A DNA stretch of 62,791 nt, the filler included. It is 8 parts of 8 records of this genome, joined end to end, with 100 filler letters (N's around TTAATTAATTAA, not from the genome) between each part and the next. Parts side by side here need not be neighbours in the genome. Positions count along the whole stretch, not along the records: positions 47,633 to 55,599 come from SRR31147125_19171; positions 55,700 to 62,791 come from SRR31147125_19190; 6 more parts are not named here. One strand, given 5' to 3'. A model generated the notes under the pieces. That model was not told where the DNA came from. It made no database searches and worked only from the letters and a program-made list of their open reading frames with translations. Positions 54,639 to 62,791 of this stretch are shown in pieces. The position numbers and the translations under genes are program-made. Every line of letters starts with the position of its first letter. Within the stretch, counting starts at the first letter, position 1.

Positions 54639-55599
54639 ATGGCAGATACAGATCAGAAAGCCGCCGAAACAAAAACTGCGGAAGAGGCCATTGACCTTAA
54701 ACGGTTTTTGTCAAGCATGAGGTTGAGTACCGAGGTGAAGGACCCCACGCCCATGATCGCGGACGGGCTGGAAACCATTGTCGAGGATGTGAGCGAGGAA
54801 AACCGTTTCATTTCAGGCATGGCGGCCCTCCTGTACAATGTGGACACCACTGCCGGCCGCCTTGACAAAGGAAGCATCTTTGAAGTCATTGCCCGTATCG
54901 ATACCATGGTCAACGATCAGATCAATGAAATCATCCACCATGATAAATTTAAAGAATTGGAATCCAATTGGCGTTCCCTGAATGAACTCATATTAAATAC
55001 CAATTTTAAGGCCGATATCATGATCGATATCCTGGACGTGACAAAGGACGAGCTTTTTGATGATTTTGAAAGCAATGCCGTGGATATCACGGGCAGCGCC
55101 CTGTTCCAGAAGGTCTATATTGCAGAGTACGACCAGTACGGCGGCAGGCCCCTGGGCTCCATCCTCGGTCTTTACGAGTTCGAACACACCCCGGATGATG
55201 AGTTCTGGCTGCGGATCATGGGCAAAGTCGCTGCCGCAAGCCATGCCCCGTTTCTGGGTGCGGTTTCGCCCAAGTTTTTCGGGTGTAATTCCATTCAGGA
55301 ATTGGAAGCCATCAAGGATTTGGAAGGATTGATGAACCATCCCAAGTACGGGTCATGGAATAAGCTGAGGGAGTCTGAAGAGGCGGCGTATATCGGGCTG
55401 ACCCTGCCCCGGTATATTGCACGGTTGCCCTTTGATCCTGAAACCAATCCCTGCAGGGAGCTGAATTTCACAGAGGCGGTCACCGGAGACAACGACCAGG
55501 ACTATCTGTGGGGAAGCGCCACCATGCTCTTTGCCCAGAACATGGTAAAATCCTTTGAAACCTCAGGCTGGTGCCAGTATCTGAGGGGGCCCAAAGGGG
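54639..55599 (+). CDS. tssC: T6SS contractile sheath large subunit (IglB-like), 3' truncated
   Basis: FKELESNWRSL, EYDQYGG, AAASHAPF and YLWG motifs. Confidence 0.95.
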
Positions 55600-55699
55600 N
55601 NNNNNNNNNNNNNNNNNNNNNNNNNNNNNNNNNNNNNNNNNNNTTAATTAATTAANNNNNNNNNNNNNNNNNNNNNNNNNNNNNNNNNNNNNNNNNNNN
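55600..55699. other. Artificial contig spacer
   Basis: N-run with TTAATTAATTAA. Confidence 0.99.
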
Positions 55700-56950
55700 T
55701 CCATCAAAATCGTATTTGCATTTATTTGCATGTAAATACACCCACGACCAATGGCCAGAATAATTGTAATTTTCTCCACCAAAAAAACCAGTAATATCTA
55801 CTACATGGTCGTAAAATGACATATGAATATTTTTTGCACCACTATCAATCAAACGTTTATAAATTGGTAAACATGTTTCTTCGGGCACGGTTGTTTCATC
55901 GTCGGCCGAATGTACAAACCAAATTGGCACATTCTTGATGCTTTCAATCTGTGTGTCGGTAAGATATGCAGACTTGTAGGCAACAGAACTAATAAATCCA
56001 GCTGCAAAATAATCGGGATGTAAAAGCAATAGTTTTAAACTTTCATAACCACCATTGGAACAACCGCCTACATAAATTCTGTTGGCATCGATTCCAGGAT
56101 TGGCAGCAACGTATTCTTTAATTAATGCCATTAGAGGTTCATTATACATATCATTTTCTTCACCGCTTGTTGAACTTCCTTTCCCTGTATCCATCCATCT
56201 TGTAGGACATTGCGGAACCAAAACATAAGCCCCTGAAAAATAGTCCTGAATTTCATCGGATGCATAGTTTGCCGCCTTGTTGCCTAACAATGGAATGGTC
56301 GGGTCTGAACCACCTTCTCCACCACCGTGTAACCATATTAAAAGTGGAGACTTTTTATTTTCCGTTTTCGGAATAAATGAGGCATAAGACATAGTTATAT
56401 CTTTGTAAGTAAAACTTCCCGAGAGGTCGAATTTATCAACAATTGGCATTATTTGTTTTGCCTGGGTATCCCATTTTTGGTTTGTTGAAGTATTTGTAAT
56501 AGTCATTTCATAATCTATCCAGGTGGTTCCCCGGCAATTTTCTCCTCTGAAATATTGTAATGGAGACCCGATTGATAAATTTGGCACAACCAACATAACC
56601 AATGTTACATTTTCTCCCTCTTCGAGTCTGTTTCCCTCTTCATCGGAAACATATCCATAAACAACAGTTCTTTCTCCGGATGCATTTTGGGCTATTTCGC
56701 CACAATCCGATTTCCTTTCCACATGAACTTTATAATCGTTTATTTCGACAGAAGTAACCGTTTCTTCCATTGGAAGAATTACTTTACTTACCGCAGCTCC
56801 CCAGTCGTAACCTTCAATTACGACGGTATATTCGCCAACATTCATACTATTTCCTGACTGTTGAATCTTTTCAGATTTTCCATTGGATATAAAACCAAAG
56901 AACGACAGTGTTAAAAACACGAAGAATGACACCACATATTTTCTTTTCAT
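55700..56950 (-). CDS. Secreted alpha/beta-hydrolase (esterase/peptidase) with N-terminal Ig-like domain, 3' truncated
   Basis: Signal peptide; WLHGGGEGG, GCSNGG (GxSxG), ADDETV and GHWSW motifs. Confidence 0.85.
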
Positions 56951-57004
56951 AATTCTATTAGATTTAAGTTAAACGACTTAATTTTAGTTTTGAAGTAAAT
57001 ATTT

Positions 57005-59183
57005 TTAAAAACGAATATTATATTTCAACTTTAATCGACCTGAATTTGAATCCATAAGATATTCCTGCCCTGACTTATAAAACCCGGAATTCCACACTAA
57101 AATCAACTCATTTCCAGGTTTAACAATCCATTGAAAACGCGATTGCCAGCCTATATTTTCACTTTCATTATCGTATTGAAAATAGTTATATAACGAAAGA
57201 TTTGGACTAAAAAGAACATTTGCATTAAACTGGTAAACATTGGCTGCAAAACTTCCATCCGGCAAATCAATAATATTTCTGTTTAACGATCCTCCAAAAA
57301 GAAAAGGCACACCAATTTTCCAGTTAGCCTCTAATTTAATGTTTTTTCTTTTCCCATTATAGAAATCTCCGAATCCAAATGAAAATTCGCCCCAAATAGC
57401 TCTTGCACCCCTGGTTTTAACCTTTAGCTCATTTTTCCACCACGAGTATTCGCCTTTTGTTATAATTTTATCTTCGAATATGTTAAAATCTTCTTCCAGC
57501 AATTCGTACTCGTTTGAGAGTGAATAACTTATTTCATCGCCCGACAATAAACGCAAACCAACCGGACTTAATTCCAGTTCGCGAGTTTCAAGTATTCCGG
57601 TTTCCAGGTTGGAAATGTAACTAAAACTGCCCCCGGTTTCAATCTGAAGAATTCCATACTTATTTAAACGAGGCCAAAAGTAAGGCTCCCATATGTTTCC
57701 AGAATATTTACACGCGGGACAAATCCCATACCTGCCAGAAAATTATCGCCAATTTGGTAATACCCCAGTTTCCCATTAATTAAATCGTTTGGAAAAAGAA
57801 ACTGAAATCCGAAAGTTCCGTTCTTATTATTTGCTACATTTTCGGTTACAGACTTCATTCCGAATAAAATTAAACCAGCATTTTTATCCTTCAGAAAAGA
57901 TGAAGTTGACAATTTCAGATCGAGACCGGTAACAAAATTTGTTTGATTGCTCGTTGCATTACCATAAGTTCCAATAATTCCAACGGATGATTCCTTCCAA
58001 AAATTCCGGCTAATTCTGGAAACATAATAGTTGTTAATGCCATTTTCCCTGTCATCGTTTATATACATCATTCCAATATTCCAATCGTTCACAATTCCTG
58101 TAAACTTTGCCGCATAATTAATTGGTATTGGCTTTCCTGCTGAATCCAGTCCCATTCTACGTGAAAAAAATGCGATCAATTTTTTTGAAACCGGGCTTCG
58201 TTTTTCGCCTTCGTTTCCAAATTGGAAATAACTGGCTCCATCAAGAAAAAAGCTTCTTTTTCGGGATAACTTATGCTAAATCGTGTTAGATTTATTCGGC
58301 GGTTGTCGACTTCTGTTTCGGCAAAATCGGTATTAACAGAGAGTGAAGTTTTTAATCCGGAGGTAATTTGATAACTGATATCCATTCCGGCTGACAATTT
58401 ATACTTAGAATCATCTCCATTTGCATGGTCGAATCCTGTAACAAGATAGGGTGAAATATCCAATCCAATTCCCTGCGAAATTCCACTTATTCCTTCCAAT
58501 GTTCCGGCATCCGATATTTGGCTGGTTCTACTGTTTCTATTTACCTTTGGCCAATAACTTGATTCTATATTATGCTCTATTTCCCGTGCAAATTTAATTC
58601 CCCAATTATCATTACTTTCATCGAATCCAAGGGTTAAAAAAGGGATAGCAATTTCTGCTTCCCATCCATAATCTGTAATTCTTGCTTTGCCTTCCCATAT
58701 TCCATTCCAATCACGGTTAAGCACAGCTCCATTATTACTTATCAAAGCATCAAATTTAGAACCACGTGGATTTATAGAAAGATAATAACCGTTTCTTTTG
58801 TCGAAATAAGTGTCTAATAGAATCCTTATTCGATCATCGGTTCCCAGGGTGGCATCACGAAGCATTTCTTTTGCAGAAATCAGTCCAGGATTATCCCAGC
58901 ATTTTACAGCAAAATAGATATTTTTTGAGTCGTAACAGGTATAAAACTCTGTTCTTTCTGAAACAGGTTCCCCAAAATTTGGTTCTTGCTGATATAGTTC
59001 ATTTACCATAAATGCAATATTCCAAACTGCATCGTCAACTTTCCCATCTATTTGTGGAGCAACATCAACTTTTACAGCTTTAATTATTGACTGTGCCTGG
59101 GAACTGTAAACCAAGAGAAAAACCAGAAATAACAGATTTGATACTTTTCGGATAACTATTTTTGTCATAATAAAAAAAATCAC
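57005..59183 (-). CDS. CBM9-like + DUF5916 outer-membrane protein, split into three ORFs by indels
   Basis: PQIDGKVDD, WEAEIAIPF, VNTDFAETEVD, YPEK and FFSRRMGL motifs; ends in Phe (KYNIRF). Confidence 0.8.
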
Positions 59184-59625
59184 AGCTTAAATAAGCAACA
59201 ATACTAGAGTTTAGAAAAAATCACAGCTAACTACATTATGTTATTCATAAGATGCAATCCTGGTTTTTTAAATCTTTTATTCAAATGCAATACCGATAAA
59301 ATTGATTAAAAGTATTTGCCTAATTATATTAATAGGGTTAATAAGTACTTTTCCCTTGGTTTTTTCTGAAAATAATTAAAATTTTCTCCAATTTAAGTTC
59401 ATTTAAACCATAGCTTTCTTAGTACTGAAAAAGGAAATTTCGATAAATTAAGCTCACATAAAACATTGAATTTTACAGCCGACAACATCTGTAATTAATT
59501 CAAATCCGGATTAAAGATTTCCTGGCATTAGTGCTACATATACCATAAAATTTCATCCGGATTTTACTATTATTAAATTTTATATGCTTATTTAATTATA
59601 TTCAACTTAACAAAAAAATGCACAT

Positions 59626-60717
59626 TTATAATCCTGCGGCTTCGTTGGCAACCTCAATTGGAGTTATTACCGTTGCTGTTCCATAAATCATAATTGCTTG
59701 CCCAACCGCATTTGGCCAAGCATCGGTATATTTCATATCGGTAACATGAATAAGTCCACTTCCATCTTCAAGCCATTTCCCTTCAAGAATTCCATTTGTC
59801 AGCGTTGCAAAATTCTGCACAAACCGCCAATCCATATACCCCAAATCAGTCAGTTTTTTATTTGGTGTTATAAAACCTCCATAAACATTCTGCCACCAAT
59901 GTCCGGTAAAAACTTTCATTGAATACCTTTCGTAAGGCAAATAATTAGCCATTATTTTCTCCACCATTTTCTTTGAATCTTCGGCAGCGACTTTTATTTT
60001 TTCAACACTTCGAAGACTTTGACCAAATCCGGAGCCGATACAATCACCGGTAAAAAGTAACATATCGGGTTTAACAAGATAAGCTGTTCCGCCATCAGAA
60101 TGTCCTCTGATTAAATAAGTTTCAACAATTTGACCATCGCCCAAATCGAATGTTTTTTCGCCCTGATTAAAAACGGTTAAGATTGATGGATCTATATTGT
60201 GGTCGTTTTTAAGTCTTTCCAAATCTTCACCCTTACCAATCCAAATTTTTACATTCTGGTCTGCAAAAGCACCTGCCATTCCATTATGGTCGGGATGATT
60301 ATGTGTTATGGCAATTTCCAAAGGAAGATCGCCTGCTAATCCGTAAACCACTTCATGAAGTTCTTCTGCCGCATTTTTACGCGGAACGATTAAGTTTGAC
60401 TCACGACCTTTAATATAATTATTCCCAAGGTCGATCATTAATGCCTTTTCTGAACCACAAACCAAATACATATCAACACCCCAGCCTCCACTTTTTGTTT
60501 TCTTATCGCCTGGATCGTTTATCTGATATGCCCCATCGCTAATTTGACGAATAAGATATGAACCAAACCTTACCTCATCGCCCGGAATATTTAGTTTAGA
60601 AGGATCGAAAGAAACCTTTGTTTGCGCAAAGCCCGAAGTAGAAAATACCATACAGCAAAGCAGTAAAACCACCAAACTTTGTGGTCTTATATTTTTTTTC
60701 AATTTTTTAGTTAACAT
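59626..60717 (-). CDS. Secreted MBL-fold metallo-hydrolase
   Basis: THNHPDHNG, GHSDG, FTGD and TGH motifs; signal peptide from MLTKK. Confidence 0.87.
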   Translation of the reverse strand: MLTKKLKKNIRPQSLVVLLLCCMVFSTSGFAQTKVSFDPSKLNIPGDEVRFGSYLIRQISDGAYQINDPGDKKTKSGGWGVDMYLVCGSEKALMIDLGNNYIKGRESNLIVPRKNAAEELHEVVYGLAGDLPLEIAITHNHPDHNGMAGAFADQNVKIWIGKGEDLERLKNDHNIDPSILTVFNQGEKTFDLGDGQIVETYLIRGHSDGGTAYLVKPDMLLFTGDCIGSGFGQSLRSVEKIKVAAEDSKKMVEKIMANYLPYERYSMKVFTGHWWQNVYGGFITPNKKLTDLGYMDWRFVQNFATLTNGILEGKWLEDGSGLIHVTDMKYTDAWPNAVGQAIMIYGTATVITPIEVANEAAGL

Positions 60718-60745
60718 ATTTTCAATTTTATGTGATTTAATATTT

Positions 60746-61852
60746 CTATAATTCAATACTATTTTCAGTCATTTCCAATCCGGCTGCTTCATAAGCCTGT
60801 TCCAGTGGTAATATAATTGTGCCTGTACCATAAACCATAATTGCTCTTCCTTCTGCCGATCCCCAGGCATCGGTATAAACCATATTCCCGATATATGTAA
60901 CTCCGCTTCCATCTTCGAGCCATTTTCCTTCCAATATTCCATTTGAACAATTAGCTACATCCTGAATAAACCGCCAATCGAGGTATCCAATATCAATTTG
61001 TTGTTTGTTTGGGTGAAGAAATCCGCCATAAGCATTCTGCCACCAGTGCCCGGTATACACTCTCAATTCGTATCTTTCGTAGGGTTTATAATTTGCTTTT
61101 ATATATTCAACCAGGTTCTTTGAGTCTTCGGCAACTTGATGAAGCTGTTCAATCGTTCTAAACGCCTGTCCAAAACCTGATCCAAGCGCATCGCCTGAAA
61201 TAACTAATCTGTCTTTTTTAATTAAATATACAACGCCACCCAAACTATGTCCTCTAACCATAAAAGTTTCAACAATATGGCCACCACCAAGATCAAATGT
61301 CGTCTCTTCAGGCTTAAAAAGTGCATATACCGATGCATCGACGTTATGTTGTTCTTTGGGTTTAGTAAGATCCTCACCTTCAGGCATCCAAATAGTTACC
61401 TTCTTATCGAGGTTAAGAAATGCGGCAGTCATTCCGTCATGATCGAATTCAACGTGTGTTATTGCAATTTCGAGTGGTAAATCACCTGCCAGGCTAAATA
61501 CAACTTCTCGTAGTTCTTCAGCTGCATTTTTTCGGGGAGCGATTAAATCTTTTTCATAACCATCAATATAATTATTACCCAAATCAAATAACATAGCTTT
61601 GCTTTCGCCGCAAACCATGTACATATCGACACCCCAGCCACCACCTTTTGTGTTTGTATCGCCGGGATCATTTAACTGATATGAATTATTTCCAATTTTT
61701 CGAATCAGATAGGAACCATAATTTACTTCATCGCCAGGTTTAATTAAAACTGTTTTATCGAAGCGTTCAATTTGGTTACACGATTGAATAAATAATGATA
61801 AACAAGAGAAAATTACTAAAATGGGAAAAACAGATTTTAGCTTTTTTTTCAT
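60746..61852 (-). CDS. MBL-fold hydrolase lipoprotein, paralogue of 59626-60717
   Basis: Own start MKKKLKSVF...IQSC (lipobox); THVEFDHDG, GHSLG and SGD motifs. Confidence 0.82.
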   Translation of the reverse strand: MKKKLKSVFPILVIFSCLSLFIQSCNQIERFDKTVLIKPGDEVNYGSYLIRKIGNNSYQLNDPGDTNTKGGGWGVDMYMVCGESKAMLFDLGNNYIDGYEKDLIAPRKNAAEELREVVFSLAGDLPLEIAITHVEFDHDGMTAAFLNLDKKVTIWMPEGEDLTKPKEQHNVDASVYALFKPEETTFDLGGGHIVETFMVRGHSLGGVVYLIKKDRLVISGDALGSGFGQAFRTIEQLHQVAEDSKNLVEYIKANYKPYERYELRVYTGHWWQNAYGGFLHPNKQQIDIGYLDWRFIQDVANCSNGILEGKWLEDGSGVTYIGNMVYTDAWGSAEGRAIMVYGTGTIILPLEQAYEAAGLEMTENSIEL

Positions 61853-62791
61853 TTCAAATAAGTTTAATTTTTTTCTTGATGAAATATATTCTTCCATCAT
61901 TTCCTGATATGCTTTTATTACGGCAGGTTCGGCATACCCGGGTTTCAAAGCATTATAAATTGCTTTTTCAGAAGGCATAAGATATGCTTTGTCGGTAGGA
62001 ATGTAACCGGCATTATTTTCTGCCGATCTTGGCATTTTTGTCACAATAAGAGTACGATCGAACAACGACTGCTCTTTAATGTGCATACCAATTTCAGAGA
62101 AAAAATCGCCAGACACACCTGCAATTGCAATGTCTCCAATCATTACCAAATGAAGTGGAATATTTACAGGATCGCCATCAATCATTTCCACTTTTGAAGG
62201 AGCCTGATAACCTCCAACCGGTACATTTGGATCCCTTGGATATTTTCTTTTCCGTCCGGGACAAGTTACAACTGTTTTCTTTGCCCATATATCAACATTT
62301 GAAACTGTGTTTTTTGTTGATTTTATTAATCTTACAAATTCTTCACCGAGCCTGCGCGAAAGCACTTCGAGAATAGCATAACCTCCCGGGCCTGTATCAA
62401 AAACATCAGGGTGATCCTGGTTATAAGTAGCCATAAACAAAGGATTCTGGTCGCCGGCAGCACCATCAGCATAAACCACCGTAATATCGTCGAAATGATT
62501 TTCTATATACCTTGAAGTAGCTCCCGGTAAATCGCCTGAGAGTTCAGGGTGACCATCTTTTGTAGTTGCACGATACATTGTAACAGCATGACAAGGATAA
62601 TTTGCATAAACGGCAAATGGTTTTCCCGAAAGGTCGGTAAAAGTTACAGCTGTAACCGTTTTATCTGATGGTCCTTCCGGATTATACCCCATATGATAAC
62701 CTTCACCAATTTTCTCATCTCTGTTGGTATTTACATATGCTTTGCCGGTTGCATAACCTACTTTTGCAGGTTGCATATTCTTATTTGCCTG
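61853..62791 (-). CDS. Neutral/alkaline ceramidase-like amidohydrolase, 5' truncated
   Basis: NYPCHAV, LSGDLPG, GAAGDQNP, GDFFSEIG and GYIPT motifs. Confidence 0.8.

Noticed and set aside
10861-55699. Recurring TTAATTAATTAA within N-runs as a biological repeat, and any cross-spacer gene linkage
   Set aside because: These are identical 100-nt artificial linkers. GC content and gene style change across them, so neighbouring contigs cannot be treated as one locus.
59174-59565. 14-bp direct repeat AAAAAATCACAGCT (59174, 59215) and an AAATCCGGAT inverted repeat (59502-59564)
   Set aside because: Only two copies in AT-rich DNA; possibly regulatory, but too weak to call and not a CRISPR array.
60746-62776. 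676-aa ceramidase-MBL fusion protein in the ORF track
   Set aside because: An internal Met with a complete lipoprotein signal (MKKKLKSVF...IQSC) follows an A-run. A one-base change there restores a stop, so two genes are more likely.
1-62791. CRISPR arrays, tRNA or rRNA genes, intact transposases or integrases
   Set aside because: None recognised by eye in any contig; a covariance-model scan was not run.

Overview
The window is not one genome. It is eight unrelated contigs joined by 100-nt N-spacers, each containing TTAATTAATTAA. (1) 1-10860, low-GC monoderm: a GntR/FadR-regulated catabolic cluster (SDR, tripartite tricarboxylate transporter, two DapA-family aldolases) and a YesM/YesN-type two-component pair. 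(2) 10961-18938, Clostridia-like: lrp-ald, deoB-punA, a metallophosphoesterase, bactofilin and an NlpC/P60 hydrolase. (3) 19039-27965, FCB-group-like: GAF-PP2C, STAS, Ser/Thr kinase-TPR, a kinase pseudogene, DinB, a Tat/T9SS-tail DUF362 protein and two decayed group IIC intron ends. (4) 28066-33105, Bacteroidota: USP, ADP-forming acyl-CoA ligase and an EF-G paralogue. (5) 33206-42135, Desulfobacteraceae-like: STAS, sensor PP2C, ComA, His-phosphatase, DASS transporter and binding protein in one operon, plus PAS-GAF and GntR genes. (6) 42236-47532, Firmicute pstCAB-phoU-phoP-phoR, where PstA carries two PDZ-like inserts. (7) 47633-55599, Desulfobacteraceae-like T6SS with Francisella-like (IglA/IglB/IglE/PdpB) parts, a ClpB-type ATPase and a degenerate adenylation-fold gene. 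(8) 55700-62791, Bacteroidota hydrolases and a DUF5916 protein. Many genes are split by single-base homopolymer indels that look like sequencing errors. The best candidates for undescribed systems are the ComA/partner-switch operon, the T6SSii-like cluster with its adenylation-fold gene, and the PDZ-bearing PstA. Taxonomic and family calls are by eye; no searches were run.
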